A DNA stretch of 64,000 nt, taken from the IMG/VR virus record IMGVR_UViG_3300028591_000101, positions 90,403-154,402 of that record. One strand, written 5' to 3'. The stretch's first letter is position 1, and every line of letters starts with the position of its first letter. The notes under the pieces were generated by a model. The model had not been told where the DNA came from and ran no database searches. It saw nothing but the letters and a program-made list of their open reading frames with translations. The stretch comes from a virus. Its lineage: Duplodnaviria; Caudoviricetes. Of this stretch, positions 42,144-53,000 are shown piece after piece. The translations under genes and the position numbers were made by a program.

Positions 42144-42914
42144 ATGTCAGGGGAAACAAAAGAACAAAAAACTCTCTTGGAGAGCATGGAAAGTGGAAAC
42201 GAAAAGATTGATGCAGTTATCAAAACAACCAATGCTACAATCGGATGGATGGAAGCTATCCATAGATTCGTCAAGAAGAATGGTTTTAAGAAACTTGTAA
42301 TGGACCTTATAGCTGTTTGTGTTGTTGTATTTGTTGCCTTATGGATTTTCCAGCCAGGAGTTTTCTCCAACAGGCTTGACCAATATAGGGAACAAAAGCA
42401 CACTGAGAGGATGAACGAGAGGATGAACAACACACCACTTATTCAAGCAGAATTGGACAAGTTCAGAATCAAGACCGATGCTTCATGGGTTTCAATCTGG
42501 GAGCTGCACAATAGCACGAACAACCTTGATGGTATGCCGTTCTTATTCGCATCTCTTACTTATGAATCAATGAATCCGGTTCTTACTCCAATTGCAGAAC
42601 AGTTTGATAATGTAAGACTTTCACTTTATCCACTTGGAAGTTATCTGCGTGAGAAAGAAATGTGGTTCGGAAGTGTTGAAGACTTGCAAGAAGTGGATAA
42701 TACAGCTTATTACAGGGCAAAGGCGCTCGGAATCAAATATCTTGGGTTCAGACTTATGGAGATTGAAGGCTCCCCGAACGCCATGATGAGCTTTGCTTAT
42801 GTTGAGGGTGCTGAGGTTCCGAATGAGAATGAACTGGTACAGAATTGGATAATGTCTTCATATAAGGTTAACAGTCTTCTTTCGGTTGGAGGAGATACGA
42901 AAAAAAAGAAATAA
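42144..42914 (+). CDS. Putative T4 T-like holin (one TM plus GAF-like domain)
   Basis: Single TM then DASWVSIWELHNS...ASLTYE pattern. Confidence 0.45.
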   Translation: MSGETKEQKTLLESMESGNEKIDAVIKTTNATIGWMEAIHRFVKKNGFKKLVMDLIAVCVVVFVALWIFQPGVFSNRLDQYREQKHTERMNERMNNTPLIQAELDKFRIKTDASWVSIWELHNSTNNLDGMPFLFASLTYESMNPVLTPIAEQFDNVRLSLYPLGSYLREKEMWFGSVEDLQEVDNTAYYRAKALGIKYLGFRLMEIEGSPNAMMSFAYVEGAEVPNENELVQNWIMSSYKVNSLLSVGGDTKKKK

Positions 42915-42916
42915 AC

Positions 42917-43192
42917 ATGAAATTAACAGAGAAACAATTAAGGGACATAATTGCTGAAGAAGTACAGAAAGCAATAACCGGCTCATTAAATGTTGCGGAG
43001 TATGATGTAGAGAAGTCAATCAAGCAGTTACTTGCGTTGGTTGATTCCGAAGCGGAGAAGTTCGAACAAAAAATGGAGGAGGCCGGTGGCGTTACATATG
43101 AAGTATACGTTAATAAGCTATATTCAATTTCGGAGAATTTAGCGTATTTCTTGAAACGTCTTAAGACGGAAGGACCATTTGGGCTGATGTAA
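42917..43192 (+). CDS. Hypothetical protein (probable head-internal)
   Basis: MKLTEKQLRDIIAEEV motif. Confidence 0.6.
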   Translation: MKLTEKQLRDIIAEEVQKAITGSLNVAEYDVEKSIKQLLALVDSEAEKFEQKMEEAGGVTYEVYVNKLYSISENLAYFLKRLKTEGPFGLM

Positions 43193-43211
43193 GAGGTAAA
43201 AATATAAAACT

Positions 43212-43240
43212 AAACCCGGATTTAAGTCCGGGTTTTTTGT
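43212..43240 (+). terminator. Intrinsic terminator
   Basis: AAACCCGGA-tttaag-TCCGGGTTTTTT. Confidence 0.75.
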
Positions 43241-43289
43241 TTTTTACGGACTTTTTTAGTATATTGATAGTGTAAAATATACTTGAGAT

Positions 43290-43490
43290 ATGGCATTATT
43301 ATTGTTCTTTATAAAGAAGTTTTTTGTCTTTACATTCATACTCGCATTTCTCTACTTGTTTAAGGAAGGGTGGAGATTTATTCGTGGACTTAATACCGGA
43401 GAGTATGAACTTGGAAAGCACACGCTGCTATGGATTGGCATTTCCGTTGCCCACATTTTAACGACACTTATAACGGGATTCATATTGTAA
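43290..43490 (+). CDS. Small membrane protein
   Basis: 66 aa, two hydrophobic segments. Confidence 0.6.
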   Translation: MALLLFFIKKFFVFTFILAFLYLFKEGWRFIRGLNTGEYELGKHTLLWIGISVAHILTTLITGFIL

Positions 43491-43958
43491 ATGATGGCTG
43501 ACATTCAGGAAAGAATAAAGAAGACCGGAGAATATTTCAGTGGTATGCAGGTTACGAAGGTGGATGACACTGACGTAATCTATGTCATTGTACATTTTCC
43601 GTCCAGATGGATTATAGATGACGCTGTACAGGAAAAGTATGAAGTGTCAATCGTTGAAAGGTCCGAGGGTGAGTATCTGTTCTGTGCGGAGATGTCGGTT
43701 GGCTTTGATGCCGTGTTTGATGCGGTTGACCACTGCATCCAAGTGAACAAGGATGCAATGGAAAGAGCCCAGTTATTTCAGGAGAAGATTAACGAGTTGA
43801 AGGAAATATTCGGGAATGAAGAGAATACAATCAAGAAACTCAGGACTTTGGAATTCACATTCCCGAAACAAAAGAAGGAAATAAATAAGAAAAAGTCTCC
43901 GGTTGAGGAGATTGTAGAAAAGGAGCTTGGAAATGATGTACACGAAGAAATTGTTTGA
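43491..43958 (+). CDS. Hypothetical protein
   Basis: 155 aa ORF abutting previous stop. Confidence 0.65.
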   Translation: MMADIQERIKKTGEYFSGMQVTKVDDTDVIYVIVHFPSRWIIDDAVQEKYEVSIVERSEGEYLFCAEMSVGFDAVFDAVDHCIQVNKDAMERAQLFQEKINELKEIFGNEENTIKKLRTLEFTFPKQKKEINKKKSPVEEIVEKELGNDVHEEIV

Positions 43959-44127
43959 TTTGGCGTATGAAAAGTACCCGGAATCGCCCGGAGGCTATTT
44001 TGATGGTGAAATGATGGATGGAAATTCATCAGCAAGGTACGCTTATATCCGTGGCTTTGAAGATGCCGTTAATTTTATAAAAGCCAACGGCATGGATAAA
44101 CTTGAAGAATTTTTGAAGAATGAGTAA
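43933..44127 (+). CDS. Hypothetical protein
   Basis: ORF overlapping both neighbours. Confidence 0.5.
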   Translation: MMYTKKLFDLAYEKYPESPGGYFDGEMMDGNSSARYAYIRGFEDAVNFIKANGMDKLEEFLKNE

Positions 44128-44551
44128 CGGACTTTTAATATTTTGTTATTGTGTCGTTGCCTATGGACTGTCAAACATGATGGTCTTTGGTAGCGGACCG
44201 TTCCGGATTTTTGAACATATCCGGAATATAAGCAGCGCAATTGGGGAGCACTTCGGTCAGCTTTTCTCTTGCATGATGTGTTTTCCGGCCAATTTCGGGT
44301 GGGTTATGTCCCTTATTGACTGGTTCCTTCTGCCGGATATCGCAATTACCCCGTTTAATATAATTCTTGCGGGAACCGGATATTGGTGGCTGGCACTTCT
44401 TCTTGACTGTTGCTTTACCAGTGGAATGGTCTGGTTCGTTCACCACGTTGAGGAATACTTTGAAGACCTGGCGGAAGCATCAACGAAAAGTGAGATAGTT
44501 GAGGAACGTGACCCGGACAATATTGAGGTAGATGATATTACAAGGGAGTAG
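44120..44551 (+). CDS. Membrane protein with CxxC (DUF1360-like)
   Basis: GPFRIFEHIR...LFSCMMC plus TM segments. Confidence 0.55.
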   Translation: MSNGLLIFCYCVVAYGLSNMMVFGSGPFRIFEHIRNISSAIGEHFGQLFSCMMCFPANFGWVMSLIDWFLLPDIAITPFNIILAGTGYWWLALLLDCCFTSGMVWFVHHVEEYFEDLAEASTKSEIVEERDPDNIEVDDITRE

Positions 44552-44553
44552 CC

Positions 44554-44814
44554 ATGGATTTCTTAACACAACAAGAGGTATCCGGAATAAGACAGGATGT
44601 CAGACACGGGGAAGCCAAACAATTTGCCGAGAAAAACGAATTTGAAAGGAAATTGCTTGGCGAGCTTGGCAAGGAAATGGAAAAGGAACTGGAAAACCCC
44701 GACACTAAAAGAAATAAAGAGTTCGCCAAGAAATACGCCAAGAAGAAAAAGCGTAGAGTTTGGAGAGAGAACCTGATGCGAATATTCGGGGGACAAAAAA
44801 AGGAGGCCGATTAA
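44554..44814 (+). CDS. Basic hypothetical protein
   Basis: 86 aa ORF ending at terminator. Confidence 0.55.
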   Translation: MDFLTQQEVSGIRQDVRHGEAKQFAEKNEFERKLLGELGKEMEKELENPDTKRNKEFAKKYAKKKKRRVWRENLMRIFGGQKKEAD

Positions 44815-44827
44815 AGCCTCCTTTTTT
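44796..44827. terminator. Bidirectional terminator
   Basis: AAAAAGGAGGC-cgattaaa-GCCTCCTTTTT between convergent genes. Confidence 0.7.
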
Positions 44828-44841
44828 CATACATGCATTAT

Positions 44842-46944
44842 CTATTCGTACTCACCGCAGTCAATCTTGACGAGTGAAAGGTCAAGCTGGACTTTCTGTC
44901 CATTTTCACCATTGTCAACAACCTTAATACCGGCGTTGCAATGTGCGGCTTGCCTGTCGCTATCAGTAAGGACAGCAAATTCAGCAGCTTGGATAGCCTT
45001 ATCGTTAAGATTTTCGGTAATCTGTTCAAGGAGATTCTTGATACCCCAGAGTGAAGTCTCAGCACTTGTTGATGCTGAAGTTCCAAGGAGTTCAGCATCG
45101 GCAGTCTCACGAGCCGCTATTTCAGTAGCGATATCGTCATTAATGAAATCAATGTTCTGCTTGAGCTCGCTGTCGTTAATGGTGATGGCTGTTGCACCCT
45201 CACCATCGTTCGTAACTTCGAGGGTAACGAAATTCTCAACAGAAGCGGCATCCTTTTCAACGGAGGTAGCATTCAGCTGGTCACTGATTTCCTTAAGGGC
45301 CTGGTCAATGAGCTTGATTTCGTTTCTTACGCTTGTTGCGGCGGAAGCGAAATTGCTGGTCGGGTCGGCACTGAATGAACCGTCCTCGTTAAGACCAACG
45401 GATTCCTCAACCTTATCAAGTTCCTTTTCAGAGGCGATGTCGTCGGTAGAAACAACGACCTGAGTAAGCTCGGTGTTCTCCTGGACAACCTCAACAGTAA
45501 CGTGACCATCCTGTGAAGCACCGGTTACATCAGCGTCAATGTTACCGGCAAGTTCAGCAACGGCGTAGTCAATAGCGGCCTGGATGTTGGCAATCTTGAC
45601 ACCATCCTCGCTAACGGAAAGAACGTCAGCTGTCTCGGCACTACTGATGCGGACCTTTTCGCTGTCCTCGTCAACCTTAACCTTAACGATATGGTTGTCA
45701 ACTTCAAGACCATCCTTGAATTCGCTCTCCTCAAGGAAGTCGTTAACATCAATGGCAACAAGCTCGTATGAACCGTCTTCCTTATGGTAGATGAGGTCAA
45801 GGGCAGTGTCGCCGGAGCCAGAAACAAGACTTTCAGGGTCATCCGGGTCAGAAAGAACGTCGTCAATGTGGCCAAGGAATGCCCTGTAAAGTGAGCTGTC
45901 CTTGTAGACCTTGACAGTATCACCGAGCTGGCGACCGTTGTGGTCAATGAGAGCAAACTCTTCCTTTACGTTAACACTGCTTGGAGTGATAGCGGAAAGT
46001 TTGAGGTCGGCGACGAGTTCGTTATTGTCATTAAGGACGATGGTAGCCTCGTCACGATTGACCTTGACAAGTGTTGCTTCATCACTACCAGGAGTGCCAG
46101 GAGTTACGACGATTGAACCGTCCTCGCTCTCAATCTTGTTAGCCTCAATGTTTTCAAGGATGTATTCAAGGGCCTCGTCAAGGGTATCGCCAGAATCATT
46201 GATTTCGACGAATTCGGCGCTGATGTTTCCAGCCTCGGCGCTAACAAGACCATCCTCCTGGGTCACATTGACAATCGGTTTGCCCTCCTGGGTTACACCG
46301 GTGAAATCAAGAGCACCAAGAACGTCCTGTGTTGCGGCGGAGAGTTCTTCCACCTTCTCAACGACCTTTTCAATTTCGTTGACGGTAGCGGATGAGAATT
46401 CCTTTACGACACCGGAGAGGGCTTCAACCTTGTCATTAACGACGGTGTAAGCTGACTCAATGGCCTCGCTGATACCTTCTGACTTGATGTAATAGTTTAC
46501 GGCAGAAGAGGATGCATCAATCACGCTTCTGAGCTTAAGGTATTCTTCGTCGTGTCCGAAAGCATCATCAATGAAAAGCTTCGTGCTAGCAGCTGCAGTA
46601 CCAGCGGTCATTTCCTCGTAGGTCTGCTCAATAGCCTGCCATACGCTTAAACCGCTGTTCCAAGCTTCAGGGTCATGAGGAAGGCCAATTTCTTCGTTGA
46701 GAGAGTCAATCTGCATCTCAACAAGGTCAAGGGCATTCTCAATCTTGGTATCAATGGCTTTTTCAGTGATAAATTTGGCAACGGTATCTGCACTTTCGCT
46801 ATCGGCGACGGTTTCAACATACAATGCAGCATCTTCAACATTATTATGCTGTACACCAATTTCACCGAGGTTCAACGCACCAACAGGAACTTTCTCCTGA
46901 CTGGAATGCGGATTTACAAGTATTTGTCTGTTATCTCTTTTCAT
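44842..46944 (-). CDS. Tail-fibre-like coiled-coil protein
   Basis: N-terminal LNLGEIGV and C-terminal IDCGEY motifs; acidic, coiled-coil stretches. Confidence 0.6.
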   Translation of the reverse strand: MKRDNRQILVNPHSSQEKVPVGALNLGEIGVQHNNVEDAALYVETVADSESADTVAKFITEKAIDTKIENALDLVEMQIDSLNEEIGLPHDPEAWNSGLSVWQAIEQTYEEMTAGTAAASTKLFIDDAFGHDEEYLKLRSVIDASSSAVNYYIKSEGISEAIESAYTVVNDKVEALSGVVKEFSSATVNEIEKVVEKVEELSAATQDVLGALDFTGVTQEGKPIVNVTQEDGLVSAEAGNISAEFVEINDSGDTLDEALEYILENIEANKIESEDGSIVVTPGTPGSDEATLVKVNRDEATIVLNDNNELVADLKLSAITPSSVNVKEEFALIDHNGRQLGDTVKVYKDSSLYRAFLGHIDDVLSDPDDPESLVSGSGDTALDLIYHKEDGSYELVAIDVNDFLEESEFKDGLEVDNHIVKVKVDEDSEKVRISSAETADVLSVSEDGVKIANIQAAIDYAVAELAGNIDADVTGASQDGHVTVEVVQENTELTQVVVSTDDIASEKELDKVEESVGLNEDGSFSADPTSNFASAATSVRNEIKLIDQALKEISDQLNATSVEKDAASVENFVTLEVTNDGEGATAITINDSELKQNIDFINDDIATEIAARETADAELLGTSASTSAETSLWGIKNLLEQITENLNDKAIQAAEFAVLTDSDRQAAHCNAGIKVVDNGENGQKVQLDLSLVKIDCGEYE

Positions 46945-47039
46945 TACTTAATTCGTTTTTGTTTTTATTTCCCACGGCCACGAATGACCGTGGGATTTTA
47001 AAAGTTCTACTTCAAGTTAACTGTTGTTAAATACTAATA

Positions 47040-49910
47040 CTAATATTCACCGCAGTCAATGACTTCAACATCAACAACACCAGCAGAGGTCATGGACATT
47101 GACTTGAGACCAGCAGGGCCATTGGTGCCGAAAGTGAGCGACTTGGCCTCTGAACCATCATAGGCGATTGCAGAGTCAAGGCTTGATGCGCTGCTCGTTG
47201 AATAGCCACTTACCGTAAGCGCATTGTCAACCTTGGTAGCTGCGCTTGCATGTACAGCATCAGCGGCGACGGTAGCGGATACTGAAGTGATAGCAGACTC
47301 AGATGTGAGAGCAGACTCAGCAGTCGTTGCGCTGAACACCTTGTTGGACATACCAAAAGTAAGGCTGTGGTTGTCCTCCCCACTTGCGGTAACACCAGTG
47401 AGCACAGCAGAAGCAGTGTCAACAGGTGCAGCGGTGGTAGCTGTAAGAACAACGTTTGCAGGGAGAGATTCCTCTGTGATTCCGCTAATCTTACCATCAG
47501 CGATTGCGATTCCGGTGATATACTTACCGGCCGTTACAGCGGTTGAAGAATCAAGCAGAGCGATTTCAGCGGCAACCTTCTCGTCAGCGTACGTCTTAGC
47601 TGAGCTAAATACAGCGTCGTCACGAGCAATCATTGAATTGTGTGCGAAGCCGGAAAGCTGTTCAATCGCGGCCTTTGTGTCAGCTGAAAGCTGAATAGTA
47701 CCAGCTGAAAGCGCGTTAATAGCAGCCTTTGTATCAGCAGAAAGCTGGATAGTGCCAGCAGAGAGAGCCTTTACCTTGTCGTCAACATCCTTGGTGTAAG
47801 CTGAAAGCTCGGTGAATTTAGCGTCGGTAGCAGCAGAGAAAGCCACAGTAGCGCTAGAAAGTGCCTTAAGTTCAGCATCAGAAGCGGCGGTAACACCCTT
47901 CGTGAAAGTAATTTCGTGGTCATTTACGGTGATATCAGTAAGAACGTTACCGGTACCAGCAGAAACAACTGAAAGTTCAGGGTCGTCAACCCACGCAGGA
48001 GCACCACCAGCCATTGTGAGAACCTGACCAGATGCGCCATTGGCAAGAGACTTGACACTATTGGTAGAGTCACCAAGAGTTACGGTGTCAGCGGTAAGAT
48101 TACCGGTGATAGCACCATCAAGGTTCTTTTCAATAACATCCCAGCTGTTTCCGTTGTAAATAATGAAGTCACCAACTTCAACGTTTTTACCTCCAACGGT
48201 GAATGCACTGCTAGCAATGTAGAGGTCACCTGTAGTAGGGGTACCAGCAGGAACGTCATCGGTAGCGCCCTTGTAATTTACAGCAGAAGAAACAATGCTT
48301 GCAACATATTCTTTAACTGCGAGAGCGTCAGCAACCGCGCCACTTTCGGTAGCGTCGCCAATTTCTGAGCCTTCAACAGCAACAGGAACGCTTACAACAT
48401 GGTTATTAACGGCAAGCGGAGTGTTGTTAAGAGATACGCCAGTAAGAGTTACAGCAGAGAGGTCAAGAGTTGCGGCTGAGAGGTTGTCAATGTCGGTCTC
48501 GTTAGCCTGTACGGCGCCCGAAAGTTCAACAATTTCGCCGTGAGCGTAGCCTGAAAGCTGGTTGACATAAGCAACAGTGTCAGCAGAAAGCTGGATTGTG
48601 CCAGCGGAAAGCTGCTCAATTGTAGCCTTTGTATCAGCAGAGAGTTGGATTGTGCCAGCGGAAAGAGCTGCAATCTCGTTGTGTGCGTAGCCAGAGATGG
48701 CTTCGGTAGCACCAGAGAGCTGAGCAATTTCGTCATGAGCATACCCAGAGATAGCCTCGGTAGCGCCAGAGAGCTCTTCGAGGTCGTGAACCGTACCAGC
48801 AGAAAGGTTAATGGTTGCAGCTGAAAGCGCCTGAATGTCCTCGCTTGTTGCAACGCTTACGGTCTGGTAAGTAATCTTGTGGTCATTAACAGCGATGTTT
48901 GATACAACGTTGCCAGTACCAGCTGATTCAACCGAAAGCTGAGGGTCTGTAGCTTCTCCGAAAGAAACAATCTTACCATCTTCAATTGTGATAGCGGTAA
49001 CGTAGTGCCTGTTATCGGTAGTTGCTGAATCGGAATCAAGGCCTTCAATAGCTGCTTCAATTGCAGCTTCGGTATCAGCAGAAAGCTTTGCAATGGTGTT
49101 GTGGGTATCAGCTGAAAGCTGAAGTGTACCTGCAGAAAGTTCATTGATAACGGTTTCAATATTACCAGAAACAACCTTTACATATTCAACAACGTTTCCT
49201 GAAAGGGCCTCAATGTCGTGCTGAGTACCCGCAGAAAGAGCCTCAATATTGGTCTTGTTTGTTACAACGCTTGCAGAAAGAGCTTCAAGGTCTTCTCCGG
49301 TTTGAGCGCTGGTCTTAAAACCAAGGGCCTGGATATCTTCGGTAGTGACGGCAGCAGAAGCAGTTACATGTCCATAGGCGTCAGTTGTAAGTTTGTTGAA
49401 ACCGCTGGTAGCAAGAGCCTGCTTATGGGTAAGATTGTAAGAGTTGGAACCGGTAGTTTCATCAACCTTTGTTGCGGTAATAATATCGTCACCATTAATA
49501 TCAGTAACAACGACATCAGTAAGTGCTGTCAGAATATTTGTCATATTCTGTAAGTTGCTGACCGTAGCGGAGCTCAGAGCATTAAGATTGGTTTCACTTG
49601 CAACACCACTTGTACTGAGGGTGAATGTTTTTTGATTACCTGTTTGACCAGTTTCGACGTTAATGTAGGGTTCGCCTTCTTTCTTGTTAACATCATAGAC
49701 GACATCAACGGAAGCAATCATTCCGCTAACGATAGAAATGGTTTGTGCGCATGAAATGAACGGGACCATATTCCCTGCGTTGTTCTTTGTAAACAGGGTT
49801 TCTTTACCGGTTTCGTGAGCAACAGCAATTTCACCAAGGTACATGCTATCAGCCTGCGGAGCTGAACTACCCGAAGTATGGCGATTAATAAGTATTTTTC
49901 TAGTAGCCAT
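47040..49910 (-). CDS. Tail-fibre-like protein with LSAxT repeats
   Basis: N-terminal MYLGEIAV, many LSAGT/LSADT/LSGAT repeats, C-terminal IDCGEY. Confidence 0.65.
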   Translation of the reverse strand: MATRKILINRHTSGSSAPQADSMYLGEIAVAHETGKETLFTKNNAGNMVPFISCAQTISIVSGMIASVDVVYDVNKKEGEPYINVETGQTGNQKTFTLSTSGVASETNLNALSSATVSNLQNMTNILTALTDVVVTDINGDDIITATKVDETTGSNSYNLTHKQALATSGFNKLTTDAYGHVTASAAVTTEDIQALGFKTSAQTGEDLEALSASVVTNKTNIEALSAGTQHDIEALSGNVVEYVKVVSGNIETVINELSAGTLQLSADTHNTIAKLSADTEAAIEAAIEGLDSDSATTDNRHYVTAITIEDGKIVSFGEATDPQLSVESAGTGNVVSNIAVNDHKITYQTVSVATSEDIQALSAATINLSAGTVHDLEELSGATEAISGYAHDEIAQLSGATEAISGYAHNEIAALSAGTIQLSADTKATIEQLSAGTIQLSADTVAYVNQLSGYAHGEIVELSGAVQANETDIDNLSAATLDLSAVTLTGVSLNNTPLAVNNHVVSVPVAVEGSEIGDATESGAVADALAVKEYVASIVSSAVNYKGATDDVPAGTPTTGDLYIASSAFTVGGKNVEVGDFIIYNGNSWDVIEKNLDGAITGNLTADTVTLGDSTNSVKSLANGASGQVLTMAGGAPAWVDDPELSVVSAGTGNVLTDITVNDHEITFTKGVTAASDAELKALSSATVAFSAATDAKFTELSAYTKDVDDKVKALSAGTIQLSADTKAAINALSAGTIQLSADTKAAIEQLSGFAHNSMIARDDAVFSSAKTYADEKVAAEIALLDSSTAVTAGKYITGIAIADGKISGITEESLPANVVLTATTAAPVDTASAVLTGVTASGEDNHSLTFGMSNKVFSATTAESALTSESAITSVSATVAADAVHASAATKVDNALTVSGYSTSSASSLDSAIAYDGSEAKSLTFGTNGPAGLKSMSMTSAGVVDVEVIDCGEY

Positions 49911-50083
49911 TTAGATTTTTTCTTTTTAGTTTGTTTATTATATAGTTTTCCTATGGCTATAGAGCCCAACTTAGCGTGTTATAGAACACCGGGTGGGAAG
50001 ACACTCCCATTGAATATCAATTATAAATAGCGAACGGGAAGAAAAACTCTCCCCGTTCAAAAATTATTTTATGTGGACAATCG

Positions 50084-53000
50084 TTATGCTGTAATTACCG
50101 TCCAACCAGTAGGAACACCGTTAGGTCCGGTTGTTGTCCATGTTGCAGAAGCATTCTTGATGAATGTTCCGGTCTGTGATACGCCATTGAGCCAGTCCGT
50201 AGTATACTCACCACTTTCCGGGTCCGTGGTAAATAGAGCCTTGACATAATTCAGGCTTGAGCACCCATTGAACATGTTCTTGTAACAGGTTGTTGTAAGC
50301 GCTGTTGCTGGAAGTTCAGGGGCGGTCGTTAGACTTGTACAATTGTAGAACATACTGTTGTAACAATTTTCTGAAAGTGTTGTTGCGCATAGGGCCGGGG
50401 CTCCAGTTAATGACGCGCAACCATAAAACATGTTGGTGTAACATCTGGCGGCCAAAGTTGTGGATGGTAACTGTGGAGCTGTTAATAGGTTTGTACATCC
50501 ATCAAATATTCTATTATAACATGCCGTAGCCAATGTTGTTGCTGGTAGTTCCGGAGGTGTTACGAGGGATGTACACCCTGAAAACATTGATTCATAACAA
50601 CCCACTGAAAGTGCTGTTGCTGGAAGTGTTGGCGCCGTGGTTAAACTGCTGCAACCTTGGAACATGTTTGCATAGCAAGATTGTGCCAAGCTATTTGCCG
50701 GAAGAGATGGCGCTATTGTTAAACTTGTACAATCTTTAAACATATTTCCATAGCAATTATTTGCAAGTGTGGTTGCTGTAAGTTCTGGGGATGTTACTAA
50801 TGATGTACATCCTCCGAACATTCCGTTATAACATTCTGCCGCCAAAGTTGTAGCCGGAAGACTAGGGGCGCTAGTTAAACTAGTACATCCATTGAACATA
50901 TTTTTATAACATTTCTGTGCCAAAGTTAATGATGATAGTATTGGTGCACCAGTTAATGATGTACAATTCATAAACATGCTATTATAGCAATCTACCGCCA
51001 TTATGGATGATGGTAAAGTAGGTGCATCGGTCAATGCAATACAACCTTTAAACATTGTTGAATAACATTGTGGCATTAATGTGGTTTCGTTTAGCTCAGG
51101 TGCACCTGTTAAATTTTTGCAGTTTTCAAACATGGTATCATAACAGCCATTTGCTAGGTTTGTTGCCGGTAGTTCCGGAGCATCAATCAAAGAAGTGCAA
51201 CCCTTAAACATCACAAAATAACATCTATTTTTTAGATTATTTGCGGATAATATAGGAGCATTTACAAGGTTTTTACACTCATAAAACATGCCAGCATAAC
51301 ACCCATCCGCCAAATCAGTTGCAGGCAAGACAGGCGCAGATGTCAATCTACAGTTTCTGAACATAAGTTGATAGCAATACGGTGCCAATGACATTGCCGG
51401 TAATTCTGGTGCTGCAATAAGTCCAGTACAACCCTCGAACATTCCACCGGTTGGCCCCGAACTGCTGTCTCGCCCATAACAATTCTTTGCCAGTGTTGTT
51501 GCTGGTAGTTTTGGAGCAACTGTCAAACTTGTGCACCCATTGAACATTCCAACATAACATGCTTCGCTCATTGTCCTTGCTGGAAGTTGTGGCGCGGTTG
51601 TAAGCCCCGTACAATTATTGAACATAAGTGCATAGCAATAGTTTGCAAGTGTCATTGCCGGTAACTCTGGTGGAATTGAAAGGGATGAACAACCATTAAA
51701 CATCTCAAGATAGCAATAATCCGAAAGTACCATTGCCGGAAGTTCAGGGACTTGTACTAATTTTTTACAATTTCTGAACATATTCCAATAACAATGTGTC
51801 GCCAATGTCGTTGCTGGAAGTATCAATTTTGAGGCATCTATCACTGGAACCGCATCAAAGAAGTTCCTGAATGTTCTCGTTACATTCTGGTCAAGCGTAA
51901 AGAGGGAAGTGAAACCTGTGCTGTCAATCATGCTCATTATGTTTCCATATATGTCACAGTCTGTTGAAGCACTTATCTTGTTTGATTTATTGTCATCATT
52001 TGTATAAGTTGCGTTGTCCCCTCTGAATTCCACAACATCACCGTTTAATACGGGTATCGCCTGTGGATTCGCGTCACTCGTTATTGAAACCCAGCCTTCA
52101 TTGTTCTTGTTGTATTCAATCACGCGAGTAAACACGTTATCATCCGCTTTCCAATACAGGTTTCCATCGGATTTGATAAAGAATGTAAGGTAAGAGTTTT
52201 CCGGCTCCGTCAATTGCACCAATACAACCGTTTTTGTTTGAAGTCCATCGGTTGTTTGGACGGTGAAACTTCCAGACCTTAGAGCCCCAGTATTGTTTGT
52301 TTGTGCCGTCATGACGATTGTATGCAGTCCGCTTCCTCCACTCGTAATACTAACTGATAACCAATTCGGACATGAAATTACAGACCAATCTTCATCTGAA
52401 TGAATACGAACAGATTTTGCATCGCCACTGTAATTAAAGACAGGCCTGTCAATTACAACCAACTCATTATCATATACAACCCATCCTTTCGGAATGCCAT
52501 GGTTGTTTCTGGACCATGTCTCCATGTTCTTATTTTTAATGAATACTCCGGTAGGAGATACTTGCATTGTCCAATCGAATGTTGAATTTGCTGCAGAAAT
52601 GTCCGTTGCCAAACATTTTATGTAACTTAAATTGCTACATTCTCTGAACATTCTATAATAACACTCTCTATTCAGTGACTCACTCGGTAATTCAGGCGCA
52701 ACAGTCAAACTTGTACACCCTTGAAACATAGCATCATAACATTGGTTTGCTAAAATTGTGGCTGGAAGCTCCGGCGCGGAAACCAAGCTTGTACAACCCC
52801 TGAACATATTATTGTAGCAGCCGTTTGCTAATGTCATAGCTGGTAGTTCTGGTGCGTATAGCAAATCGGTACACCCAGAGAACATATACCGGTAGCAGTT
52901 TTTAGAAAGCGTCATGGCTGGCAGTAACAATTCAGAAGCATCAACAACACCCATTCCATCAAACAGATGTTCGAAAATTTCGGTTTTTTCCAGATTTCTT

